A DNA stretch of 24,454 bases from a virus (taxonomy: Duplodnaviria > Caudoviricetes): positions 1 to 24,454 of IMG/VR virus record IMGVR_UViG_3300028393_000318, one strand, 5' to 3'. Below are positions 16,319-24,454 of the stretch, piece by piece; position 1 is the stretch's first letter; each line of letters begins with the position of its first letter. The notes below the pieces were generated by a model. It did not search any database. It had not been told where the DNA came from and saw only the letters and a list, made by a program, of their open reading frames with translations. Position numbers and translations under genes: made by a program.

Positions 16319-17539
16319 TTAACCTTTGTTATATAGGCTGTATAAGCCCAATAAAGAAGTTGCACCGCCAGCTAATTGGCTAGCCATACTTGGGGCTGGA
16401 GCTGTGACAGCAGATGTAGATGCGCTTTGATTTACTGGAACACCAGTAAGAACACCTTGCATACCGCCAATTTGCTGTTGACCAAAGTACTGCTTGTTCA
16501 TTAGATCTTGGTATCGTGCGTCTATTCCTTGCTGAGCCAATGCGCGCTCTGAAGATCCTTGTGCGCTCATTGCTTGTAAACGAGCAAGATCTGAAGCTTG
16601 TTGTTGTGTACCCAACTGACCCAAAGTAGCTGCCGCTTGGTTTGCTCCAGCATAGCCAGCTTGCTGTGCGCCAACACCTTGTAGACCAACTTGAGCACCT
16701 TGCATACCTTGTGCAGTGCCTTGTAGCCCTGTTTGATAGGCTTGATTTGCTGCACCAATGCCTTGTAGACCAGTTTGTAAACCTTGTAATCCTAATGTAG
16801 ACCCAAACTGCTGGGCTTGTTGAGCTTGTTGAAATGCGTTTTGATAACCAGTTCCAATAGCTTGGTTCATGGCAGTACCCATATTTCTATAATTTTCAGC
16901 ATTCATTAATGCTTCACGACTTCCACCAAATGCACCAGCACGAGTAGCGTTACCTTGCTGCTGTGTGCCAGTAATACCATACTGACGACGCATTTCATCA
17001 AGCTGTGGATTTAATGCATTCTGCAAATAAGGAGACATATATGCTTGTTGAGCATATGGATTAGTAGCCATCTGTGCATAGTTCTGTCCAGCCTGTGCAG
17101 CCTGCCCACCAAGATTTAAACCTAGTCCTGCTAAGCCAGTAGCTTGCATACCAAGATTTGCACCTGTATTTCCATAGTTAGCGCCCATCTGACCATATTG
17201 ACCAGCCTGACCTACGGTATTTATTTGGCCTGCACCCGCTTGATTAGCTAAGTTTGCGCCAGCACCAAACTGACCAGGGGTTTGCATTGCATTCAACTGA
17301 GTGCCAACGGACTGCTCTAATGGATTCATTTGGGCAACACGACCTGCACCACCTAAACCAGATGCATCTAATGCATTACCAATTGTTGTGGCATAGTCTT
17401 TTGAATATAATTCTTGAGCTTTAGGAAGAAGACCTGGAATGTAGTCTGCTGACCCTGGGGTTCCTACTCCTTTATAGTACGGAGCAATTTCTGGAGCTAT
17501 CGTTGATAAGCCAGAGGTTACGGTATTTGTTGTTGCCAT
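16319..17539 (-). CDS. Gln/Gly/Ala-rich internal virion (DNA pilot/ejection-like) protein
   Basis: AYMSPY, AGAFGGSR and heptad xGLQGxx repeats; position within the ejection cluster. Confidence 0.7.
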   Translation of the reverse strand: MATTNTVTSGLSTIAPEIAPYYKGVGTPGSADYIPGLLPKAQELYSKDYATTIGNALDASGLGGAGRVAQMNPLEQSVGTQLNAMQTPGQFGAGANLANQAGAGQINTVGQAGQYGQMGANYGNTGANLGMQATGLAGLGLNLGGQAAQAGQNYAQMATNPYAQQAYMSPYLQNALNPQLDEMRRQYGITGTQQQGNATRAGAFGGSREALMNAENYRNMGTAMNQAIGTGYQNAFQQAQQAQQFGSTLGLQGLQTGLQGIGAANQAYQTGLQGTAQGMQGAQVGLQGVGAQQAGYAGANQAAATLGQLGTQQQASDLARLQAMSAQGSSERALAQQGIDARYQDLMNKQYFGQQQIGGMQGVLTGVPVNQSASTSAVTAPAPSMASQLAGGATSLLGLYSLYNKG

Positions 17540-17550
17540 TATCTATTCCT

Positions 17551-18969
17551 TTATGCGGGCAATGCTGTATTGCTCACTTTACGAACTTGTTTCTTCGTAC
17601 CATGAGCTTGCTGACGGACACGATCCATCATCTCGTATAATTTTCTAGCCCCTGCTTTAGAAGAGCCACCACCTAATCCAGAAACCACATCTGCGCTTAC
17701 TACAAATTCGCCATCTGCTAATTTAGCTGGTTGTTTATTACCTATTGTTGCGTCAATATCATCGCTTAAGCCATCACCACCGCCTGATAAGAATCGAGGC
17801 ATCATTCCGCCTTCTGCAAACTTATATGGATTTCTACGCATAACATCTTCTGCATATCTTTGAGAATCTGTGATTGCTGCTAACTGAGCGTTATAGTCTG
17901 CTTTGGCTTTATTGTTTGCGGCATTTGCTTCTTTATTATAGTTATGCAAATCTTCAGCTTGCATTAATCCCATAGTACCACCAAGGGTAGCAATACCAGC
18001 GTTTATAGGTTTTGTTATTGCTCCAGACTTAACAAGCGCATCAGCTTGAGCTGTAGCTGCTTTATTGTCAGTAATTAAATCTCCAATGCCAGATCCAGTC
18101 TGACTTGCATTATCCATTCCTCTTGATAATGCATCCGTATAGGTGCTTGGAGTAACTGCTGCATTAGCAGTTTCTTTTAATGACTGTATACCACCCTCAA
18201 TTGGCGAAGATACTGAGTTGTACGCTCTTTCAAATACATTTGGTTGAGTAGCTCTAATATCTGCTATTTCTGAAAGCGATGGTGTAGAGTTAATTGTAGG
18301 TGTTGTAGCCGTTGGGTTTGGTGGCCCAATATCAGGGGGAACAATTGGATCCATAGTTACGTTTGGAGTTGGAACATTTGGAGCTGAAACGCTAGGGGTA
18401 AGGTCTGCTGCACGAGCATATTCTCCTAACTCAGACATACCATAAGCCATAGCACCGCCCATGAGAGCGCCCTGCATATTAAACTTACGACCAGGATGCA
18501 TTACTCCAGAACCATTCAAGGCGCCTAAACCAACCATAACTGGTGTAGGAAGACCCATAAAGGATCCAGCAACCTGAGCTACAGTACCCCATCCACCAGG
18601 AATGGCTTTTCCTACGGCTTTATCAAGCTGTACAAGCCCTTGACTTACTGGCTGAACTACCGCTTTTTCTACTGGCTGGAAAACTTGAGTTGCAAGATTT
18701 TGAGTTTCTTTAACGCCTGGTATTTGAGCTATGGCTTTACCAACAACACTTCCTTTGTTGAAAGGATTTAATGCACCTAGTCCACCAATGAATTCGGGTA
18801 AACCCGTAGTAGGGTTAATAGTTCCAGATCCACCCAGTGCTTTAAGCATCTGAGCTTCTTGAGGATTAATATGAGCGACAATAGTGTCACCGCCTCGCCC
18901 ATGCTTGGGAAGTTCTGATGCTAGCTCTCTGATCCCATGAGCTTGCCCGCCATGTGCGTAATAATTCAT
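17551..18969 (-). CDS. Putative internal virion protein with N-terminal GRGGDT..AH..P.E and C-terminal GDG.SD.I.A...LADGEFVV modules
   Basis: Start moved to ATG 18969 (GAGG RBS; MNYYAHGG). Gly-rich hydrophobic segments and a Pro/Thr linker. Confidence 0.72.
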   Translation of the reverse strand: MNYYAHGGQAHGIRELASELPKHGRGGDTIVAHINPQEAQMLKALGGSGTINPTTGLPEFIGGLGALNPFNKGSVVGKAIAQIPGVKETQNLATQVFQPVEKAVVQPVSQGLVQLDKAVGKAIPGGWGTVAQVAGSFMGLPTPVMVGLGALNGSGVMHPGRKFNMQGALMGGAMAYGMSELGEYARAADLTPSVSAPNVPTPNVTMDPIVPPDIGPPNPTATTPTINSTPSLSEIADIRATQPNVFERAYNSVSSPIEGGIQSLKETANAAVTPSTYTDALSRGMDNASQTGSGIGDLITDNKAATAQADALVKSGAITKPINAGIATLGGTMGLMQAEDLHNYNKEANAANNKAKADYNAQLAAITDSQRYAEDVMRRNPYKFAEGGMMPRFLSGGGDGLSDDIDATIGNKQPAKLADGEFVVSADVVSGLGGGSSKAGARKLYEMMDRVRQQAHGTKKQVRKVSNTALPA

Positions 18970-18997
18970 AAAAACCTCATTTGGGTAATTTTCGTCA

Positions 18998-19006
18998 ATT
19001 TTATCA
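18998..19006 (-). promoter_or_regulatory. Possible extended -10 promoter (TGaTAAAAT) upstream of the ejection-protein cluster
   Basis: Lies in the 40-bp gap between 19010 and 18969, one of few gaps in the late block. No -35 seen. Confidence 0.3.
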
Positions 19007-19009
19007 TGA

Positions 19010-19348
19010 TTAGACCGCTTCGCCACCACTGGCGGTAAGGGTTATTCCTGTTGTAGAAGCCTTTGCTTGAATAGAGTCACCCGCATTTAGGATGTGTGTA
19101 CCCGTCCAATTAAGGGTTGTATTGGCTGCTATGCTGTATTCGTAGTAAATAGCATTAGCTGGGGCTACTGCAACTCCATATGGGACTAAATGGATATTAA
19201 CGGTGATAGCGGCAGCGGTTGTATTGGCTACAGACATTTGCTTAAAAAACGCCCTAGTTGATGTAGGAGCCGTATAAATAATAGCAATAGTGCTTGTCAG
19301 GGCTGCTTGACCTAGTTTTTTGGGGGTAACTACTTGATATTGAGCCAT
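19010..19348 (-). CDS. Small beta-rich virion structural protein
   Basis: Start ATG 19348 via TAATG overlap. IYTAP...S.AN......V......I.AN...W.G...LNAGD.IQ pattern in a structural context. Confidence 0.7.
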   Translation of the reverse strand: MAQYQVVTPKKLGQAALTSTIAIIYTAPTSTRAFFKQMSVANTTAAAITVNIHLVPYGVAVAPANAIYYEYSIAANTTLNWTGTHILNAGDSIQAKASTTGITLTASGGEAV

Positions 19349-19536
19349 TACATATTCATCCAAATTAAGACTTGTTGTGAGTTAACTTGCTCACCAACTT
19401 GTCCGGTAAAGTTATCAACTTGAGAAAAATACAGACGTAGTGCGTTATTTGACTGCTCAAAATAGTTGCGGTCATATACTGGAGGAGAGCCAAGTAGGTT
19501 AGGCGCTTTTGACGGGCGTACTGTGTAATCAGCCAT
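19348..19536 (-). CDS. Small structural protein
   Basis: 62 aa, TAATG-coupled on both sides; APNL..P..Y...N.LRLYF motif. Confidence 0.7.
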   Translation of the reverse strand: MADYTVRPSKAPNLLGSPPVYDRNYFEQSNNALRLYFSQVDNFTGQVGEQVNSQQVLIWMNM

Positions 19537-21419
19537 TATCGTTTTCCATCTGGTTTAATATCAATACGAGGTGCGCCCAACTGCCAAGTTACGCCTACAG
19601 TATTAGATTCAATTCTAAAGCTCATTTGGCGACCCCTGATACGGGTATACACTTGGCCTGTAAATTGCTGAATGTTATAAAACTTCCTAGCGGTATAGTC
19701 GTCAGCACTAACTACAGCTGGACTATCTGCCACTCCATAAGCTGATCCAGAGTTTTGACGGGGTTTTATAGTCATAGTTACTGATGGTTGATTAGATATA
19801 GATCCGTTAAAGTTAACGTCTGGCAAGATACGCCATACAAATCCAAAGTTATATCCATCCCCAATGTCAAAGTCAGAGGATTGAACATAGGCATCAATTG
19901 CTACTGGGGTCTCTCCAGATACATCATCTACCCCATTCTCGTGGTTTAGAATGCGGTTTTGATAGTTTGCTGCCATTGGGTATTGACGAATTCCAGAATC
20001 TAGCCATGCAGTTCTACCCATTGTTCCATAGTACCAAGCGTTATCTAAATAGTTATAAATAACATACTTATCTACTACATCAGAATTAGCGGAGCAATAG
20101 AACCACCATACCTCGTTGTAACCCTCATTACTACCAGCAAATATTTGATACGCTTGGTCTTGGTTTATGTCATTGAATACAAATTGACGCAACGTACAAG
20201 GCAAAGTCTGCACTTGACCATTGTACATATAGAACTTGTCTCTACCCATCCAATAGGTCGTGTTATTAACTGTAATGGCTGCTTTTGGAGATATGGTAGA
20301 AATGTTGTCTGCTAATACGTTAAAGCCCCATACATAAGGCGCTCCAAGGTATTGCATGGAATACAAGGTTGAATCAGTCCAAATCAAGATCTCTTGACGG
20401 GTTGACAGCGCTTGCATAATATATGAGCCGTTACTCAAACGGAACTCGCCCGCCTGATTAGTGATATCTGGAACCCATTGAAATGCATTAATCTGGTCTG
20501 ACCAACGAACCAACATTGGATCAAAGTCTGTATTTGGGTTTCCAGAAACATATGAGTTAGAACCCATAGCAATTACAAAACGCTGAATAGACGATGAAAG
20601 AACCTGATTGGTTGCAACTGGGGCATATGCGCCAGCTAGCGTTGACAGTAAAACTGCTCTAGCTGATACAGTAGTTGCATTTGACCAGTACGCTATAGCA
20701 CCGCCTCTTGGAGCGATCAGCAGATCTTCCCCAAAGTTATCATTAGTCCATAGGCGTAACTGTTGTACAACACCAGAGGTATAACCTGATCCCCAAGAAC
20801 CACGGCTCCACGGGCCTGTACCCCAACCAGTGCCAGTAGTAGCAATATCATTACCAATTGGGTATTCATATTTTATAACTACTGCAGCGCCACCATGACC
20901 TGTATTTCCTGCCCCAGGAACAATTGGTAGTGTCACGGTGTAATTGCCAGCACCTTTTCCAGTGACCACAAAGTTTTTATTTAAAACAGTAGCGGTAATA
21001 TTTCCACCAAGCCCTACTGCCCCAGTAATCGTAATAGAATCACCAATGTTTGGACTATATTGAGCATCAACAATAGTCATGGTGGTATTGCCAGTAGATA
21101 CTGTAAGAGGGCCGTTTAGAGCAGGACTATCACTGTATATGTAGGGAGTAATGTCATAAAATGCTGTGCCGTATTCAATGTAATACTTTTTACTAGTACC
21201 CATACCTAGGTAGTTAGCACCACTTAATGTAGACCAGTTCCACATTGAACGGCAGATTCCAAGATACTGTTCATTTGATAATCGAGTCCAGCCACCAATC
21301 TTTTCTGGTTGCCCAGAACGGAAACGAATATGGTCACAATCATAGTACCCGCCCTCATTGGCGTAGTCTGTTGACTCTCTATTGACTCCAGGCCTAAATT
21401 GTAGTTTTTGTAATGGCAT
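19536..21419 (-). CDS. Tail nozzle / DNA-stabilisation-like protein (probable beta-propeller)
   Basis: 627 aa, aromatic and beta-rich, with VRWSD, YWMG..FY.Y.G and EVWWFY motifs; lies upstream of the ejection proteins. Confidence 0.7.
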   Translation of the reverse strand: MPLQKLQFRPGVNRESTDYANEGGYYDCDHIRFRSGQPEKIGGWTRLSNEQYLGICRSMWNWSTLSGANYLGMGTSKKYYIEYGTAFYDITPYIYSDSPALNGPLTVSTGNTTMTIVDAQYSPNIGDSITITGAVGLGGNITATVLNKNFVVTGKGAGNYTVTLPIVPGAGNTGHGGAAVVIKYEYPIGNDIATTGTGWGTGPWSRGSWGSGYTSGVVQQLRLWTNDNFGEDLLIAPRGGAIAYWSNATTVSARAVLLSTLAGAYAPVATNQVLSSSIQRFVIAMGSNSYVSGNPNTDFDPMLVRWSDQINAFQWVPDITNQAGEFRLSNGSYIMQALSTRQEILIWTDSTLYSMQYLGAPYVWGFNVLADNISTISPKAAITVNNTTYWMGRDKFYMYNGQVQTLPCTLRQFVFNDINQDQAYQIFAGSNEGYNEVWWFYCSANSDVVDKYVIYNYLDNAWYYGTMGRTAWLDSGIRQYPMAANYQNRILNHENGVDDVSGETPVAIDAYVQSSDFDIGDGYNFGFVWRILPDVNFNGSISNQPSVTMTIKPRQNSGSAYGVADSPAVVSADDYTARKFYNIQQFTGQVYTRIRGRQMSFRIESNTVGVTWQLGAPRIDIKPDGKR

Positions 21420-21425
21420 TCGGGT

Positions 21426-22022
21426 TTACCCTAGTATTGATAGAGCTTTTGCTATTTTAGCTTTGCGGTCATCCAAGCCAATTAGTCCGCCATTGATGCG
21501 CTTAGTCATTGTCTCAAAATCACCGCTATCTGCCAAGCTATTCAAGCCTTTCTTATTCCAAAACCAGCCCGCGCTAAGACATGCCTGTTCTGGTAGGGTT
21601 AACAAGTTAGGGGTAGAAATTAAATCAACCCCGATTCCAGAACCGCAATTAGCATAATTTTCCTTGCCAGTAAGCTGTATAAGCCCTCTGCCGTGATATT
21701 TCCAGCCATCCCCAGTCTCCTCTACCCCATTTCCCATACGCCCGCCATAGACCTTATTAGCAATCTTGATTGGATCATGGGCATACTTCATAGCTGTCGG
21801 CAGATCTGGGAATCGACTAGGCCAGACTCGCATTAAAGCTTCTGGCTTGTAATTGAGGTTCTCTTCAAGAGTCTTAAAATTACCAGATTCATGAGCGCAC
21901 TGACCAATAAACGCTGCTTGACGCTTAGGTGTGTTGATTTCATACTTATCAAAAGTAGCCTGTAAAGGCTCCTCCCATTTTGGGTCAATACTTAGGGCTT
22001 GTAGTGCATTGCTAAGACTCAT
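21426..22022 (-). CDS. GH19 (chitinase-like) endolysin
   Basis: AAFIGQCAHESG.F..LEENLNY, Y.GRMGN, DGWKY.GRGLIQLTGK.NY, SA.WFW and T.RINGG..GL.DR. Confidence 0.93.
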   Translation of the reverse strand: MSLSNALQALSIDPKWEEPLQATFDKYEINTPKRQAAFIGQCAHESGNFKTLEENLNYKPEALMRVWPSRFPDLPTAMKYAHDPIKIANKVYGGRMGNGVEETGDGWKYHGRGLIQLTGKENYANCGSGIGVDLISTPNLLTLPEQACLSAGWFWNKKGLNSLADSGDFETMTKRINGGLIGLDDRKAKIAKALSILG

Positions 22023-22480
22023 TATTTCACCATCAAAGAATTATATTTTTGTATAACGGCATTGCGTTCTATTTCCGTGGACTCGCATTGTCTTGCAAAC
22101 CCGATAAGAACTTCTGCATCTGGTTCAAGTAGTCTGAGTCCCTTACTTGATATTCCAAAGGAGGTATTGGTGTTTGCTGATAGACTGGGGTTGTGCATCC
22201 CCCTAAGCATGCTAACAGCATTGTCATAACGAGTCTGTAATTCATCTTTCGCTTTCTGAGTGTTTTGGGAAATTACTGCTTGTTTTTGGACTACTTGTGC
22301 CGTGTGTTCAAATGCCTTTTGGTTTACTTCTGCTAATGCCGCTTTGTAGTGGTTGTCTGTAATGGCATACCCTGAGTAGGCTCCAAAAGAAAAAGCCCCT
22401 ATAGCAATTGCCGCATAGATATAGGTAGAAGATCCACCAGTAACAAAGCTAAACAAAAGGTTAGTTATATTTTTAAACAT
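22022..22480 (-). CDS. Rz-like inner-membrane spanin
   Basis: N-terminal TM followed by coiled coil; adjacent to the endolysin; contains an embedded lipoprotein gene. Confidence 0.85.
   Translation of the reverse strand: MFKNITNLLFSFVTGGSSTYIYAAIAIGAFSFGAYSGYAITDNHYKAALAEVNQKAFEHTAQVVQKQAVISQNTQKAKDELQTRYDNAVSMLRGMHNPSLSANTNTSFGISSKGLRLLEPDAEVLIGFARQCESTEIERNAVIQKYNSLMVK
22069..22245 (-). CDS. Rz1-like outer-membrane lipoprotein spanin embedded in Rz (58 aa), not in ORF track
   Basis: Alternative frame reads MNYRLVMTMLLACLGG|CTTPVYQQTPIPPLEYQ...SPRK*, with lipobox LGGC and a Pro-rich mature N-terminus. Confidence 0.85.
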   Translation of the reverse strand: MNYRLVMTMLLACLGGCTTPVYQQTPIPPLEYQVRDSDYLNQMQKFLSGLQDNASPRK

Positions 22481-22716
22481 TATTTATTATCTGGCTCAGC
22501 ACCAGCCATTTGTTTACCAGCTACAGCAGCGGCTCCAGAACCAGAAACAATCCCTAAAGAAGCTGCAAGCTCAGTCAAGCTGATTTCTTTGCCAATATAA
22601 ATCATATAAATTGCTGCGCCGCCAACTAAAATAAACCCAAGCATCCACGCCCATTTTGCAATATCGTGTGTAGAGTTATCTCGTCCTGTCAAACAATGTT
22701 TTAGTATGTCATTCAT
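22480..22716 (-). CDS. Putative holin (2 TM)
   Basis: 78 aa, two hydrophobic helices, upstream of spanin and endolysin. Confidence 0.6.
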   Translation of the reverse strand: MNDILKHCLTGRDNSTHDIAKWAWMLGFILVGGAAIYMIYIGKEISLTELAASLGIVSGSGAAAVAGKQMAGAEPDNK

Positions 22717-23165
22717 ATTTTATACCCCCAAGTCAAATACCAAGCAATAACCGCAGCTGCTGCAAAGCAATAAAACTGTACTCGCCTAACTTCTTTAACA
22801 TCATGTTGAAAGGCTTCCTTGTTTTTGCGCTCCATGTTTTCAATATCCAATTTAATCTTTAATACTGCTTCCCATTCTTTAGCACCGTACTTCTTTACAA
22901 AATCTATCTTAAGGTTTGCTTCTTTATCGCTAATTTGTTTCTTGTGCTTCCAATCTTCTAGCGCTTTAATTAATGCAGTTTCTTTTTTAAACTCTGCTTC
23001 TCTTTGCGCCCTACGTCTTTCTTGTGCTTTCTTTTGGGCTACATCTATGCCATCTTGTTGTATATCTTCAATACTTTTAGATAGCCCTTTGCTAGCCTCC
23101 CGACTCGCATCAAGGCTTCCACTAAGAGTCTTTACTCCTTCGGATAAACCAAATGGATCTGACAT
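22713..23165 (-). CDS. Coiled-coil protein with C-terminal TM (lysis-cassette-associated hypothetical)
   Basis: Charged helical body ending FYCFAAAAVIAWYLTWG; ATGA-coupled to the holin-like gene. Confidence 0.7.
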   Translation of the reverse strand: MSDPFGLSEGVKTLSGSLDASREASKGLSKSIEDIQQDGIDVAQKKAQERRRAQREAEFKKETALIKALEDWKHKKQISDKEANLKIDFVKKYGAKEWEAVLKIKLDIENMERKNKEAFQHDVKEVRRVQFYCFAAAAVIAWYLTWGYKI

Positions 23166-23179
23166 GGAACACTTTTATT

Positions 23180-24454
23180 TCATCCCTTTAATGTTGCGAT
23201 TTCTGCCGCTTGTGCGTCAACTTTTGCGCTAAGTTCTTGAATAGCTTTAACTAAGTATGCTGTTAGGTTAAGGTCAAGCGCTTTAATTGTTTTTTGACCT
23301 TCAGGCATATATTGTTTGTATTTTTTTGGAATCTCAGTTTCAACAGTATGACCGGGGAAAACTGTTTCAAATTCTTGTGCAATAAAGCCAGTTTGAGTTT
23401 CACCTAATTTATCTTTGTATTCAAAATGAACTGGGTTTAAAGCATTTAATTTATCTACTGCATTTGTTATTGAGTGTAAATTTGTTTTTACATTTGTATC
23501 AGATACAGTTGACCAGTTGGGCGAATTGCTAATTTGGAAGGGGCCTGCTGTTGAAAAATAAACAGAAGCAAAAGTTCCACCTACATTAAAGTAAAAAATA
23601 TTACCGCTGCCTGTGGATGAAATGGTATTGACAGAAGTACCAATACCAACATTATTAGATTGAAGTGCTGCAAATCCACTTGAGGCTGTGCAATTAACAT
23701 TTCCAGTAAATACAGCGCCATTTAATAAAGCATACCCAGTAAGAGCAGAAGAAGTAATAAGTGAGTTACCGCTAACCGTAGGGGCTACACCAAAAGTAAC
23801 TGGGGTTGCATTGGTAAATGAGTTTATACCGCTAAAAGTATTGTTACCTGACTGAGTTGCTCCAGTAAATGTTGTCCAAGTAGGAGGCGATGTTCCATTA
23901 CTTGTTAAAAACTGTCCAGAACTTCCAGCTAAAGTAAATCCAGTAGTATTCGGGCCAGTCTGATATGCAACTTGACCAGCTAAACCACCAGCTAAATTAC
24001 TTGCTAATGTAGCTGTACCTGATGGATTCCAATATGGAGCTAGCCCAGCGCCAGCAGTAGTTAATACATAACCAGCTGTACCCGGAACCAAGTAAGAAGT
24101 AGTGTTAGGAGCAGACTGGTAAGGAATATAACCAGCAGCACCGCCTGGCAAGTTAGCAACAGTGGATGCTACTCCAGCCACATCAACATAGTTAACTGCT
24201 TGAGTAGATGTACCATTAGTATAGATGGTCATTGTTACGCCGTTAGGAATTGTTACGGCAGTACCGCCACTTGGCTTAATAGTTACTGATCCACTCGTTA
24301 AGCTATTAGTAACAATATAGGTCTTTTGCTGACCAGCTGGGAGAATGACGCTATATCCACCGCTACTTGCTCCAGTAATAATCAGTACCGCATTACGGGC
24401 TTCATCTGAAGCACCATTAAGATTAGTAAGTACGCGATCAGCAGAACCAGTCAT
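23180..24454 (-). CDS. Tail fibre/spike with C-terminal peptidase S74 intramolecular chaperone (probably 5'-truncated by window)
   Basis: Gly/Thr/Ser-rich body. SDTNVK (Ser codon at 23501-23503), L.PV.F.Y, GFIAQE...VFP and LVKAIQEL coiled coil. Confidence 0.9.
   Translation of the reverse strand: MTGSADRVLTNLNGASDEARNAVLIITGASSGGYSVILPAGQQKTYIVTNSLTSGSVTIKPSGGTAVTIPNGVTMTIYTNGTSTQAVNYVDVAGVASTVANLPGGAAGYIPYQSAPNTTSYLVPGTAGYVLTTAGAGLAPYWNPSGTATLASNLAGGLAGQVAYQTGPNTTGFTLAGSSGQFLTSNGTSPPTWTTFTGATQSGNNTFSGINSFTNATPVTFGVAPTVSGNSLITSSALTGYALLNGAVFTGNVNCTASSGFAALQSNNVGIGTSVNTISSTGSGNIFYFNVGGTFASVYFSTAGPFQISNSPNWSTVSDTNVKTNLHSITNAVDKLNALNPVHFEYKDKLGETQTGFIAQEFETVFPGHTVETEIPKKYKQYMPEGQKTIKALDLNLTAYLVKAIQELSAKVDAQAAEIATLKG
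23876..24157 (-). repeat. Two ~50-aa tandem protein repeats in the tail fibre (NLxGGxAGx.xYQ..PNTT....G..G..LT..G....P.W)
   Basis: ANLPGGAAGYIPYQSAPNTTSY...APYW versus SNLAGGLAGQVAYQTGPNTTGF...PPTW. Confidence 0.8.

Larger units (their letters stand above)
1..24454. mobile_element. Tailed dsDNA bacteriophage genome segment (podovirus-like virion module, Gram-negative host)
   Basis: Contains tail fibre, holin/spanin/endolysin, probable ejection proteins, SSAP-exonuclease module and dense small ORFs with overlapping stop/start codons. No host housekeeping genes. Prophage versus free phage cannot be decided from this window. Confidence 0.95.

Noticed and set aside
23175-23183. ATG-AAA-TAA minigene overlapping the tail fibre stop (- strand)
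   Set aside because: Easily arises by chance in AT-rich sequence; no supporting evidence.
23180-24454. Diversity-generating retroelement or invertible tail-fibre cassette
   Set aside because: No reverse transcriptase, invertase or adenine-variant template/variable repeat pair seen in the window.
1-24454. Stop-codon reassignment
   Set aside because: Long genes are intact in the standard code, and TAA, TGA and TAG all terminate genes at sensible, often coupled, positions.

Overview
Fragment of a tailed dsDNA phage genome with a podovirus-like virion module. The host is Gram-negative, since the lysis cassette has a two-component spanin. No tRNA, rRNA, CRISPR array, integrase or transposase was seen. 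Two convergent, tightly packed gene blocks meet at ~6862-6890. The + strand (1-6862) holds small early/middle genes and a recombination module: PD-(D/E)XK Cas4-like exonuclease, DUF3310/SaV-like protein, Sak3/DUF1071 annealase, small SSB-like protein and Ref-like HNH nuclease. The - strand (24454-6890) runs, in transcription order: tail fibre with S74 chaperone, lysis cassette (holin-like, Rz with embedded Rz1, GH19 endolysin), tail/nozzle proteins, four probable ejection proteins, a metallophosphoesterase and a SprT-like protease. The last ejection protein is a 1980-aa polyvalent protein with zincin, ART-like and LPD38 domains. Best leads: (1) a 22-42 bp repeat that serves as gene end, RBS and overlapping stop/start in an array of small-gene cassettes; (2) polyvalent-protein domains bracketed by an (F/I)RA(E/L)V motif and a 13-bp repeat, with a low-GC ART core; (3) recurring [YF]AxGG motifs at domain borders of ejection proteins; (4) a possible anti-SD/internal-promoter switch upstream of the phosphoesterase. 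All family calls come from motif recognition by eye; no searches were run.
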